Below the pieces are notes generated by a model. That model searched no databases. It had not been told where the DNA came from and was given only the letters and a program-made list of their open reading frames with translations. The translations under genes were made by a program, and so were the position numbers. DNA of 64,000 bases. Source: the human T2T-CHM13v2.0 reference genome, Homo sapiens. Shown one piece after another: positions 30,400-44,665 of this stretch; positions within the stretch are counted from its first letter, which is position 1; every line of letters starts with the position of its first letter. The stretch lies in the NCBI RefSeq assembly GCF_009914755.1, contig NC_060934.1; one strand, written 5' to 3'.

Positions 30400-31829
30400 G
30401 ACACTAATAGAGAATGAAACATATTCAATGAAACAATATTTTTCATATTTCTTTTTAAGTGTGCTCATGTAGAAAATGTGTGAAAATCCATCTCAAAAAG
30501 CCTTGAAATAATGAGAATATATTACTTGATATGAATTTATAGGTCATTTACTTAGGTTTCTACATCAATTTATTGATCCTTAGACTCTAAGTTTGAGAAA
30601 AAGTTTAAGACGGGTTATTTAGATGACACTTATCTTCCTCTTGTTTTATTCATCTTATATGGAAATACATTACTTTTGCCTGTCACTTTTGTTAATTAGC
30701 TTTATCAATAGGCATAAACTGTATAGCAAGCTGAAATAACTGGATCTTATGTGGTATCTTTTAGCTACATCATTTAAGGCAGTTGATATTTCTATAAACA
30801 ACATTTTTATGCACTTTCATGTTTGTGGTTAACCTGTTAAAGCTATTCTTCCCTTTTGTATTTCTCTATGTCATTATGAGGCAGTGTCTAAAGAAAAGAT
30901 ACATTTGACTGATAAATCCAAGGTTATCCAACATTAAGAAAAAAACATATATATACCCCAAAGGTTCAATCTAATGATATCAGGATCTAGGAATGAGGAG
31001 GCCTGGTCCCATAAACCCCTTGAAAACAATACATTTGATGAGGAACTTTTAATAACTCTCATCCTTAGCAATCATTTGTATGAAGAGTTCAGTGAGTCAT
31101 AGCTGACCAGGGAAATATCTCACAACAATGCAGTCTGATAGCCAAGCACCCTGCTTTCATTCCTTGTAAAGTAAAAAACACTTGTCTAAACACTCTCAAT
31201 GTAACACCATTATTCTCTTTTTTTCTTTTTGAATGGTAAATGACAGTATCAAAAAATCATGGAATTAAAATAGCAGCTCCTTTCTTTTTCGTGCATTTTT
31301 ATCTAAATGAAATCTGCCATACTTCAGGGCCTATGTTCAGTGTGATACTTTTGTGGAGGCTCAGTCTATAGCCAAAACTGTGTGTGTTGATACTAAGATT
31401 CTGAAAACCTTCATTTTTTTATCTTTCAATTCTATTCATTATACTGAGACATTTATTTTCCAGAAGCAAAAAGGATGGATGTTAAAGTTTTTTTTCTGAT
31501 TTGTACTTTTGATTCACGATCTGATTTTTCATAAAGAAGCCTCGACAGGGTTTGTTTTCCTATTGAAGATCTCACATTCAAGTCTTCACTGTCAAGAGCA
31601 AGCAGGGGATAGAATGTACCAAGTAACTTAGCAACCATCCAAATTCCATCCACATTCCAGGCCTGTGCTCCAGTTCTATGGGAAACACCATTCAATCCAG
31701 AAATAGACAAGAAAGAGGGTTGAAACCTTCATGACAATGCTAGAGAATTAACAGTGAGAGATGCATTAAGCAACAACACAGTTTTGCCTTTTACAAGCTC
31801 CCTGAGGTTTTTATTTCAGTCAGAGGACC

Positions 31830-32310
31830 AAGATTTCAGTTCAAGTCACTGGAAGAAAAGAGCTGTCATTTATGGTAAGAGAACAAATTTAAGGAGCAGA
31901 GGGAATTAAAAGTTCAGTTCTGACATGTTAAGTTCCAAACACCTTAATGGGTGTTTTCTCCAAAAGAGGATTATAGTCAGCAAGTAATTTTCAGGTGAGA
32001 AGGTGAGAGGGGTGAAGGAGAGGTAAAATGCTTGAGCCCCAAGGCATGCCAGCCTTTAGACACCTAAAGATGAGCATGAATGAGCTAAGGAGACTGAAAA
32101 ACAGGTCAGTGATAGGGATATGCTAAAAGTTCAAGAAATTAAGTGTTAAAAAAGAAGAGTGATCAACTGAACAAGTACCGAAATAGGTAGGCAAGATGAC
32201 AACGATATTGATTCTGGTAACAGAAAAGTCTTTGGGACATTAACAAGAGGCCTTCAGAGCAGTGCACGGGACAAAAGTCTGATGGGAGGGCCTTCTAGGG
32301 TGACTGGAAA
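31830..32310 (-). mobile_element. L2 fragment
   Basis: agttcagttctgacatgttaagtt, aaggagactgaaaa, agagtgatcaactg, ggacaaaagtctga. Confidence 0.65.
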
Positions 32311-32569
32311 GGCAGGGAGATCCCTTTTGTTACTTCCGGTGTGTAGCAGGAAAAGTAATTAACATATGGAGAATTCACAATCTTGCACTGCCTTTAACTT
32401 TGTGATTTTCGATGAACATTTACAATTAAAAAGTTAAGCTATATGATCTTTACCCTTCATTTGAACATTTTCTAGTCTATAATCCCTCCTTAAATAATGC
32501 TTTCCCAAATTTGACTTTAGTTTCTTAACTGTTTTTTAGATTTAAATATGCCTGCTTTCTCTGCGTTCT

Positions 32570-32634
32570 GTTCTCTATCTCTCTCTCTTCCCCCCACCGT
32601 GTGTGTGTGTGTCTGTGTGTGTCCGTGTGTGTGT
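32570..32634. repeat. compound (CT)n/(GT)n simple repeat
   Basis: ctctatctctctctc followed by interrupted gtgtgt. Confidence 0.8.
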
Positions 32635-33317
32635 TGCTGAGTCTCCCTTTAAGTCAGGTAGAAGAGGAAAACTACCATATTACCATTAATAAGTCCATTA
32701 TAAATTATGAGCTAATATTATTTAAAACATAGATGAAAATAAAAAATTCAAAACTTTTGAAATGGGAAACAATCATGAAATTTCTGTCCAGGCTATTTTC
32801 TATGACATTATAAAACTAAATAGCCCCTCCTGAATTTAACATTACTATTTTGTCTTAGGCTTTTTAAAAAATACAGATATGTAGGCAAATAATTCTTCTA
32901 CTCAAACATATCCCTACTTTATAAGGTGGCTTTCGTGCCACTTACTGAGTAATTTTATATTCGTGAAGTGCTTTGAGCTACGCAGGAAATCTGTGAAAAA
33001 TGAATAAAGAACCAGCTATGTCTTCAATTTACTCCAAGATGGAATGAAACTTTTCATCCTGATTAGGGAATAAATATTAAATATAGATAATCTTGGATTC
33101 ATGTTATGATGTGAACCTGTATGTCTCTCTTTCACTGACAAAATATACAGAAACACTTTATGGGACATTAATTCTTAAAAACCATGTCAAAATATAGGTC
33201 CATGGTGGAATCATTCTAAGGTGGCTCTCCAGTGCATCCTGCAAGGGTAGGGTAGGGAGGAGGCCCCCCAGCCTCTGTGTCCTAGCCTGGTAGCAGCTGT
33301 CGTCTGGGCAGCAAGGA

Positions 33318-33425
33318 TGACTCACAGGGCTGAGATCCCACCAGGCTCTTGCACCGGGGAGAGCCTTGGAGAGCTGAGTCATGAGCCAGGATAATAAGCC
33401 AGAATTCACTTCCAAATCTGACTCA
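33318..33425. promoter_or_regulatory. candidate AP-1/NRF2 enhancer
   Basis: TGACTCA 33318, GCTGAGTCAT 33373, TGACTCA 33419. Confidence 0.45.
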
Positions 33426-33739
33426 GAGCACAGGAGCTACCGAGACCAAAACATGTGGCCACTTGGGTGTAGCATTTGGTGCCCCTTCAAATCAATGTTC
33501 TTTAATACATGGTAAGAGACAGGACATTCTCTTCTATTGCTCAGAGCAATTTAGCTCTGGTAACACGCTTAAAACCTCACCCAGCAAAACTGAAGCTTTC
33601 CAACTATATTCCCATCCTCCTGAGAAGGTACTTTAGGAATAAGGGCCATATATTGTTACTAAAACATGACTCTACTGTGACCAAGGCATACCCCTCTTAT
33701 TTCCTCTTTTACATAGACTTTAAACTGTAGACTATAAAG

Positions 33740-34060
33740 AATAGACTTCACTTTTAGAGCTGTTTAGGTTTATAGAAATATTGAGCAGAATGTATAGAGT
33801 AATATACCCCCTCGCCTACTCCAGTATAGTTTCCCTTATTAGTATCTTGCACTAGTCTGGTACATTTGTTACAAATGATGAATCAATATTGATACATAAT
33901 TAACTAAAGGCCATAGTTTAAATTAGAATCAACTCTTTGTTGCACAACTCTATAGGTTTTGAAAAATGCTTAATGTCATACATTCATCATTATAGTATCA
34001 TACAAAATAATTTCACTGTCCTAAAAACCTAGCATGCTTTACCTGTTCATTTCTCCATTT
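33740..34060 (-). mobile_element. L1MC-like 3' end
   Basis: tagacttcacttttagagctgtttagg...tggtacatttgttacaa...tatagtatcatacaaaataatttcactg. Confidence 0.8.
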
Positions 34061-34301
34061 TCCTTTTGATGTAGTTTATCAAAGTATTCCTTACAAACGT
34101 TATCCCTCTCATCACATTTTCAGTGATGTTTCATTACCGGGGAGGTATTTTAGTATCCCTTACAGAGAAACAACTATCCAGCTGGTCCAATAGTAATCAG
34201 ATTCTCACTCTATGGATGGAAAAATTGCCAGCTTCCCTTTCAATCTTACTGAAATAGAATTTCAAAAATTATGTCTAACAAGTGAGAAGGTGATAGGTGA
34301 T

Positions 34302-34748
34302 TGCCATGGTGGGAATATGTCCCACAAAGTTCATGTGTTGGAAGCTTAATTCCCCATGCAACAGTGTTGGGAGGCAGGGCCTAATAAGAGGTAATTGATT
34401 AGGTCATGAGGACTCTGCCCTCATTAATGGATTAATGTCATTATTGAGGGAGTGGATTTGTTATTACAAGAGTGGGTTGTTATAAAAGTAAGTTTTGCCC
34501 CTTCTTGCTCTCTCTTACTCTCATACTGTCTTGCCCTTCCACCTTCTGCCTTGGATGACACAGCAGGAATGCCCTCACCAGGTGTTGTCACCATGGTCTT
34601 GAAATTCAAGATTCCAAGATTCCAAGATTTTGGATTCTCTAGAATCATAAGACAAATAAAGTTACATTGCTTACAAATTACCCAGTCTCAAGTATTCTGT
34701 TACATAGAGTACTCAAGAATTTTCTTAAACACAAAATGGACTAAATAT
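34302..34748 (+). mobile_element. MSTD-like MaLR LTR
   Basis: aagttcatgtgttggaagcttaat...ggtcatgaggactctgccctcattaatggattaatg...aaattacccagtctc...aatggactaa. Confidence 0.85.
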
Positions 34749-35297
34749 GACTAGTGTTTATACTCAAGTTTGAAGAACAGCAAGAAAGATGAGGTACAAT
34801 ACTCATTAAAATTTTCATCATGCTAAATTCACAGAAATACTGAATAGAAGACAGAAAAAGGGGCAATGCCATCATTAAGGCAAGGTTAAGTTACATATCA
34901 AATTCTGGTTTCCTTTTACTAAGTTCTCTTGAAGAAGAGTGGGTCTCTTCCTAAAGCAAGTTCAAGTTTCCTTCTCTACAGGGAGGCATAAGTTCCAATC
35001 ACTTGCCACAGTTGTATTCAGGACACGAGTTAGGTTTTTATAAGATATGTAGGCCTAAATATAATGGAAAGGCAGATCCATAATTCAGAGCACACAAAGA
35101 GTTTCCCAAATGACCCAAGCTTGGGATACTCTGTCTTGCATTTTGAACATCATGCTTATAGGAAAACTTTGATGGGGGGTAGGAAATGAGCTGAAACATT
35201 TGGGTTGTGAAATATCAACATAACTCAAGCTTTTCAGATTGATGCAAAATAGCATGAAGGAGAGACAGAGTGTAGTCACACTGAAAAAAGATATTTA

Positions 35298-35415
35298 TAA
35301 TCAGAGCTGAATTCAAATCCAGTCCCAGCCACTTAGTAGCTGTGTGACCTTGCCTAGCTTATGAACTCTTAGAACATCAAAGTTTTTCCATCTTTAAAAT
35401 GAAGAAAATAATTAT
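35298..35415 (+). mobile_element. MIR core
   Basis: ttcaaatcc...ccacttagtagctgtgtgaccttg...tttttccatctttaaaatg. Confidence 0.75.
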
Positions 35416-36826
35416 TTTGATAATTTAGATCAACAATACTGAGAGCTTGGCTCCCAGTAGGTTAGAACAAAAACATTAACTACTATATTTTTATTCACAA
35501 AAAAGAAAATTTATTACCATGTAGCCTATTAAGTGTATATGTTTTAACAGAAGTTTTTGCTTTCTATAGAAAAGCTTCATCACTGAATTATCTGTTTCTC
35601 TTAGCACAGTGTGCTTTGTGTTTGGCTGATTGTTCGTTGTGCTTGGTGAAAAATGTTTTCACTATTTAATTTGATTGAATTATTCTATTGCAATAAATAG
35701 ACAGCCTGTAGTGAAATAATGATTCATTTCTCATTAGCAGAAATGAGTTTTGCATCACAAACATGAATTATTTTTTGAACTTAGAGAACGGTGTTTGAAA
35801 GAAATGATGACAGTAGCAGAAGTATAGTAACTTTCTAAGCCAACAAAAAGTAGGATTTCAAATATAGATGATTATTTTTTGGGAGAAAGAAAAAGGAAGC
35901 GAGTAGCAAAGTTTCATTTTAGCCAGCTTTTCCTTCTGTAGGAAAATAGGCTTGGAGTTCACCCTTATCCTTCCCAAAACGTAAATGGCAAAAGATGTCT
36001 GCCCAAGACACAGAGAAGCATGAACTGGACCTTCTTAAAGCCAATTGTTTTCTTATTAGTTTTCCACCCCCTTCCTCCTCGTGGGAATTATTGCTGCACT
36101 TTAATTTCCCACATCTACAATGAAGTTTAGAAAAAAAATTAAGGGATCAAAGAGAACTTTCAGATAAAATGAAACATTTTCCCTCATGAAGCAGCAAATG
36201 TTTTATGTAAAACAAGCAAACAGACAGTTAAGAAGAAAACATTATGTGTTAGCCAGAGAACTCAAAAACAGCAAAATTCATTTTTAACAATTTCTTTGGC
36301 TTTAATCAAAAGCATTTTTTATTGCAAAATCTGTTTTTCATTTAGCTGTCACATTACTGCTTGTCATTAATTTATTGTTTATGAACCCCAAACCAAACAT
36401 TTTTCTGTATGTGGGCAAATATTATTGGCAAATTAACATATCACCAGGGTTGGCACAGAGAAATAGCTAATCAATTATTTAGAATTTTTCTCATGATCAT
36501 TCTTGTTTTTCTGACTTTAATAGATCTTAACCAAAAACTATTAATAGAAATATTAGAATTGAAGATATAGTACAACTAAATTAGAGACATCACAACCAAG
36601 CCACTGGATCAACTGGTTCATCACTGTGGTGACTGAGAGGCAGAGAAAAACTGGATCAATTACACAGAGCCACAGAATATTGTAAGAGGGAAAAGAGAAT
36701 GGACAAGAGCCAGGCTCTTATTCAAAGCCAGAGCAGATACACTTTCTGTTTCCTTCATTAGAAATTCAACCATTGGTCCAGTGTTGGCTCTTCAAACATG
36801 TCATTATTCACTCAATAAAGAAATTA

Positions 36827-37090
<264 letters not shown>

Positions 37091-38370
37091 TATTGACACC
37101 TATGATGTACCAAGACTATTGAAAGTACTGAGAAGGCAGTAGGGGAAAAAAAGTGGTAAGACCTCAGTTCTCAGGGGCCTCACATTCCAATGGAACTGGA
37201 AGAAAAAAAAATTTAACACATAAATATACATTTCAGGGAATGGAAAGCTCTAAGAAGGCAGATAAAAAAGAGAAAGGGATAAACGTGCTGGAATGCACTA
37301 TTTTAGGTAAGGTGATAGGGAAGGCCTGTTAGAGGAGACCTTTACAAGAAGCCTGAATGACGTAAGGGAATGAACCACATACGTATTGGAGGGAAGAGCA
37401 TTCCAGGCAGAGGGAACATCAAGGACCAAGATGCTGAGGAAGGAGTATGCGTGGGGTATTCTAAGACCATCTGAAAGGCTGAGGAAGCTTGCCCAAAGTG
37501 AGCAAGGGGGAAAGCGATCGAGGTTGAATATTCCAAATCCAAACTTTGAAATGCTCCAATGAGCATTCCTTTGAGCATCATGTTGGCGCTCAAGACTTTT
37601 GGATTTGGCAGCATTTGGATTTCAGATTTTTAGATTTGGGACACTCAACCAGTAAGGATAATGTAAATATTCCAAAATCCAAAAAAACTCCAAAATCTGA
37701 AACATTTCTGGTCCCAAGCATTTTAGAGAAGGGATTCTTAACCTGTGGTAGGTCTTTTGATCTATGGTAAAGAGTGGTGATTTGACTCTGATTGACATGG
37801 GAAGCCTTGGAGGAAGGTCAGCAGGCAGTGACTTGCTCTGATGTTGAGTATAATGGGCTGTTTTTGCTGCTGTGTGAAAAATGGACTATTGAGAAGTAAC
37901 CAGGGAAATCAGAAAACAAGGTGAGAGGCTTTTGCAATAGACAGACAATAGGTGCTTGGTGGCTGGGACTGACAGTCATGAAGTCAGACAGAAAAGGTCA
38001 TACTGGGGATACGCTTTGAGGGCAGAGCCAACAGGAATGGATGCCAGGTATGGAAAGAGAAGACTCAAAGATGACTTCAAATGTATTGACTGGAACAATT
38101 ACAAAAATGGGGTGGCCATTTACTGAAAATGGGATTGTGGGCAAGGAACAAGTTTGGGTACTGGGGAATCCAGGCTTAAGTTTGAAACTTGTTTTGTTAC
38201 ACTGGATTATCTTATTAGACATCCAAATGGAGTGTCCAGCAGTCACCTAAATACACAAGTTAGATGTTTAAGGGCGTGGTCAGAATTAGATAACTACATC
38301 TTGGAGACATCAGCATATTGGTAGTATTTAAACTATGTCATTACCCAGGAAATGAGTTTTGATAGGAATA
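37091..38370 (-). mobile_element. L2a, interrupted by a Tigger4/MER46 MITE
   Basis: ggaagagcattccaggcagagggaaca, agagccaacagga, ttagacatccaaatggag, catcagcatattggtagtatttaaa. Confidence 0.85.
37520..37745. mobile_element. Tigger4/MER46C-like MITE
   Basis: aggttgaatattcc...aaatgctccaatgagcattcctttgagcatcatg...ggtcccaagcatttt...aagggattcttaacctg. Confidence 0.85.
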
Positions 38371-39058
38371 GTCATCAGCCTGGATAATTGACCTTACTGA
38401 CAGAAGACTTCCTTTTCTGTTTTTTCCCCCTTTTTCTGTATCACCACCAATGTAAAGACTTAAAATAACAATCTTGAAGAAATGACTACAACCTAGAAAT
38501 TCAGTAGTTACTAGGAAGATGCATGTCTTTGTAAGTTATAGTGACTCCTTAGAGTAAAAAGTGTTGTCATAATTTAAAAACCAAAATCCATCTCATCCTG
38601 TAAGTCTATAGTGCCATGGAAACCACTCTGGACTGGATGGTCAGAATCCAGCCACTTTCATTCCCAGAGTCCCAGTTCCTCAACTGAAAATCTAGTGGTA
38701 GGATACTAAGTTTCCTTCTTATTTCAAAAGCTGATTCTCTTTTGTTTTACTCTTTACCGTATGATAGTAGATAGACTATTTTACTGTATTTCACTCTTTA
38801 TTTTACTACAAGAGGCAGTAAAATATTGTGTGTGTTATGTGTATGTGTGTGTATACACTCATGCCTCACTTAACAAGGATACATTCTGAGAAATGCATCA
38901 TTAGGCAATTTCATTGTCATGCAAACGTCATAGAGCATATTTACACAAACCTAGATGGTATAGCATACTACACTTCTAGGCTATATGGTGTAGCCTATTG
39001 TTCCTAGGCCACAAACTGTACAGTGTGTTACTATACTGAACACTGTAGGCAATTGTTA

Positions 39059-39484
<426 letters not shown>

Positions 39485-40429
39485 TTATAATCTTATGGCA
39501 CCACCATTATATATGCAGTCCATTGTCGACTAAAACGTTATGGAGCTCACGACTATACATATATATATACAGAGAGGGGGGTCTAACAAAATGCTTTTCA
39601 GAATTTATACGTCCTTTCTTATCTTATGTTCACACTAAAAACAGTTTTCTTCTTCCATTTTTCCAACTTCCCAACTTCTTTCCAACTTTCATCTTATGAT
39701 TTTCTGGACATCGAAGCTATCAGGGGTAATTCAACTCATCAATAGATTTCTGTTCGTTGAACTGAAGCTGTGAGTCCAGCATTCTGGGAATTCCACTGTC
39801 AGTAGTTATGTGCTGTTTCTCTCCACAATTTAACGACTGATTTTCTGCTATAAGTTTTAGCTTGTACAATATACAGTACTGTATCACCTTTCATTTTATC
39901 AAAACTGTAAACATCGAATTACATACAGTCCCCAAAGGCATTGCTAAGCTATGTGGAATTCATGTTGAGCCATCAGGATACGTTAGGTCAACATATTCTT
40001 ATTCCCTACCCTACTCCTTTCCTAAATATTGATACCAAGATTTCCTGAGGTCATAGGGAGAAGATGATAGAGGAATTTAAAGTTAGTCAAGCAAATTAAA
40101 TCACAACATTGAAAAATCTTTGATACCTATATTAACCACAATGGATTAATTATTTCTAAACCTCTACATTTTACAAAACATAGTTAACGAACGAATAAAA
40201 GACAACTTGTTTAAAAGCATTTCTTAAGCCAGCTCAAATACTTACATACAATTATAGGGATTTTTTTCCATTTAGGCCCTATCTTAGGCTATTTGGTGTG
40301 CTCTCATCTCACACGCACACGTATACATCACCACAGTTATGTACTACATTATACTAAAGGGGAATCCTCAAAAGGAATTGTTACCTACAAGAACAATAGG
40401 AACAAGCACAATACAATAGGCACAATAGG

Positions 40430-40725
40430 AAGGAAATGGGAAAAAATGGTGCTTCTATACAATGGAAAAATGGGTACTCATTAAACGTCAGGCCTTGAAA
40501 ATTATTTAATGATATTGGGAAATGTTTCTGATACAATGTTAAATGAAAAAATGTACAAAAACAATAGGATTTCAACATTTTTACAAAGAAATATATGTAT
40601 TTCAAGCTAGTAATGATTTTAAGAGGCCAAAAGGAAATACAGATTCTCTAAATGATAGAATTATAAAATTTTACTTTTATTATTTATTCTAATAAGCATG
40701 TATTATTTTATGTTGAGAAAAAATT
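40430..40725 (+). mobile_element. L1ME-type 3' fragment
   Basis: tacaatggaa...tgggaaatgtttctgatacaatgttaaatgaaaaa...aagcatgtattattttat. Confidence 0.5.
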
Positions 40726-41856
40726 TTAGATGGGTTGGAAATGTAAAATCATTCAAATATTGAGATTACATTGTAAATAATACTATGGAGGTGGCAGAAT
40801 ATCATTTGTTTTTTCAATATTGCTGTAATTTTATACTCACCATTGTACCTAATGTCCTACAGCTCTCTACTTACAGGTAAATTGTCTTGTGATTATTTCC
40901 ACAGAACTCTGACTTGGATAAGGTGAGCTATGCTGTTATATATGTCTAAACAAATAAATCTTCACACAAATCATAAAGGTCCATTGAATTTAAATGATGT
41001 GAACTCCAGAACCCTGTTCATAAAGTTTTATCCTATATCCACTCATGGATTAATCTGGACCAAATGATCAAGGATACGCAGATTACATGCCTGGTTTGAA
41101 TTAACCCAGAAGGAAAGCCTGCTCTTCATGAGTCTGAGATACTAAGGAATGCACATGTTTACAATTCTCAATAATGCATATTTCACATTAATTCCTAAAA
41201 TATAATATAATATGTAGCAGGCATTAGTGTGATACATTTGTTTGTAAGTGTAAGGATTGCTGCATGTTTATTAATTGAGGCAGAAATTAATCTTAGAATG
41301 CATTATCTCTGATTTTACTTTTATTCTAAAAGGAAGACAGAATAATTTCTGATCTGGTCATGCTTAGAGAAATAAAATCTAAAAATTGAAACATAAGCAA
41401 CCCAAACACAGAGATGGTAGAGGGAAGAATTATATTGAGTCTATTTTAAATATTGAAAAGTGAAACAGATTATCAGAAGCCAAACTTTGTAAGCCTGCAA
41501 TTTTTTTCTTGCTTAATTTCATAAGCTTTTGACACTAAATGAATGCACATTTAATCTCTTGATGTTTATTTAATTACAGACTTGTATCCATTTTATTACG
41601 ATGTTCTTCTTTTTTACAATTTAGTTCCCCAGAGGGCAAGACCAAGGTCAGTTTAATCTGAAGTCTTTCGTACTTGATAAAAATGTCACTGTAATGAAAA
41701 CTTGACCGCAATTATAAAGATGACATCATTATGATGATGATTATGATAATAATGATGACGATGATGATGACTTTGCCATTGCTTTGCAGAAAAGGGTAAA
41801 GAAAATTCATCCTATAATCTTAAAACAGTTTCACTGAGATAATGTGGTATTATTAG

Positions 41857-42281
<425 letters not shown>

Positions 42282-43197
42282 AATTCTTGAACATAAAAAT
42301 AAATAATAAATAAAACTGAATTCCTCCCAATCTATCATAGAAGCTCTTTGATAACATGAGTCAATCAAATAAATAAGAATAATAGGATTTTGACAAAAGA
42401 AGACATTTATCTATTCCCAGAGAAACATATTGGTCACACAACTTATAAATTGCCAGTTGAGGTTCTCCATTCATCACCAAGATTTCCATGTAATGACAGG
42501 GAAATAATTACCATACCTCTCCCATGTCATGCAATCTTTTGATGTGTCAGGAAGTCAAACAATACGTAAATTCAGCCCTCAGTGTGTGGACAACACCTGT
42601 GGAGTGGGCAGATTTTTTTTTCACTAACAGCAGCTAATTTCTCTCCTGAGTAGGCATGGAATCTTTGTAGCAGGTCTACGGCTTCCGGAAAAGCTGCAGA
42701 GAGCCTTCCCTGGAAAATCAAGGATGTTTAATCTTGAACCTTTCGACAATCTATCACAACCCTTTCTCCACTAAAACGTCCAGAAAAATGTGCTAATATT
42801 TGTTTTTTAAAAAATCATAGATTAGAAGCTCCAGATTCAGCTCCAACTCACCGGTTCTCTTCAGCTTAAAAACAGAATTTTCTCTTACCTGAAACCTATA
42901 GGCATCTATTAGCATCAAATTTCACTATTTGAATAGGTAGTAGGGTCTTTGCTCCCAAATGATACATATTTTTACATGTATATAATTTTAAATTAAAATG
43001 TAAATATAAAATATATAAATAGTATACATATGCATAATTGGTATAAAATATAAATTTTACATATATAGAGAAAGAGAGAAAAAGAGAGAAAGTGAACCTG
43101 TCCAGAAATGAAAGAGTGAAAATCAACTCAGATTGAAAAAGAAACAAGGAGTCCTTCTGCTAATCCAGTGGAGAGGACAGCTACATAAGGCCAGCTG

Positions 43198-43870
43198 TGT
43201 AATTAACAGGAAACCCAATTTTCCCAAGGTCATGCAGCAGCTGCTCAATGCCATAACAACCCTCTTCCTGAATCACCTCTGCCTTGTCACTAATGATGCT
43301 CACAGACATGCTTTGCTGTAACTCATCTATTCCTGGGGATCCAGAATTGCTAAATGTCCTTGCCTCATGACATGGCATAATCCCTAATCTTCATTTGTCC
43401 TAATCCAGAACTGATCCCCACTGGCTTCTGCTGGATCCTCCTCCAAGCTCTTCAGTTAGAACCCAGACCTTGTGAAAGACACTTCCTCCTATCATGCAGC
43501 ACTCCTGGCTCTTCCCAAAGGCCACCCCTTGCTGCATTGACTCAATACATGTGATTTTGTCGGACTCTGGGTTTGTTGATAGTGATTTGTGACTAACCCA
43601 TTAGCCTGTCACAAGTTGGAGGTTTCACAGAGAGTTGGCTAAGACCTTCGTTGCCATGAACTGAGACCCTAACTCCATAATAATGTGTATGTTTGAGACC
43701 CCATGAATCTCACCTACTCAAGACTTCCCTGTCACCAATTGTGTGAGTTTTTCACTGGACCAGGGGTCTGATGACCTTTTTGTCTCTCCTGTGTCAGCTT
43801 TATTATTTATCTCTCAGGATTTGGTCGTTATAAATCTGACTTTGTCAGACTATTTGTTCCCGGTGGTCTA
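43198..43870 (+). mobile_element. ancient ERV1 LTR (MER110/MER89/MER90-like) with PBS and short internal remnant
   Basis: TGT...ACA LTR at 43198-43613, then tggaggtttcacagaga (15/17 match to tRNA-Gln PBS TGGAGGTTCCACCGAGA). Confidence 0.7.
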
Positions 43871-43881
43871 GAAAAAAAAAT

Positions 43882-43883
<2 letters not shown>

Positions 43884-43922
<39 letters not shown>
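43884..43922. repeat. (CA)n microsatellite
   Basis: Uninterrupted CA run. Confidence 0.97.
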
Positions 43923-43926
<4 letters not shown>

Positions 43927-44544
43927 ATATACATTTAATTATTTCTTCAGTTCAAAGATAATTTTTTGGGATGAAAGTAAATTTAAAGCACAGATTAAGA
44001 CACAACTTTCTGGTTATTCAATTGCTTTAACTAACTTACCATAATGGATATATTTGCTATAATTTTGCTACAATAAACTCTTAATCACAAACAAGATAGA
44101 GAAGTGAATACACATATATGTAAGAGTGGATACAAACAGAAAGAAAAAATAAAGAATTCATGTGGTGAGCTTATGAACCTTTCTTGAAAAATTCTTTTTT
44201 GCAGAATGTATCACTTGCTGAGAATTCTTGATCACCTTTATAAAAATAACGTTTATTGTTCTTTTAGGATTATATCTTTTGTGATGATATGAATGATACA
44301 TCTTAGCCTCTTTACTTGCTAGATGACTTCTCTTTATTTCACAATCAGATAAGAACAGAGAAGACTCAAGCTGATTAGCACATTTTTTGTTTTCCTCTCA
44401 AACTACAGCTACCTAAGATCGGAACCCTCTGATAATTTGTGCTGCTATTTTAAGATCCAGTTCCATTCTACAACTGGCTGAAGCATGAAGTCAACTAAAA
44501 TAAACTGAATTGAGTGGAACTGAACTGAACTGAAGTGAAATAAT

Positions 44545-44665
44545 GTGATTTCCAGTAAACCTGACACCTTAAGGACAGAACATGAGCCTTGCCCATCTTC
44601 CTCCCAGAGGTCCCAGCACAATCACCGACTCACACAATACTCTCAGTGCATGAGTGATGAATTTC
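44545..44665 (+). mobile_element. L2 3' end fragment
   Basis: ccttaaggacagaac...cccagcaca...actctcagtgcatgagtgatgaat. Confidence 0.5.

Noticed and set aside
42674-42692. YGFRK, resembling the HSF DNA-binding motif
   Set aside because: Five residues only, with an in-frame stop upstream and no flanking similarity.
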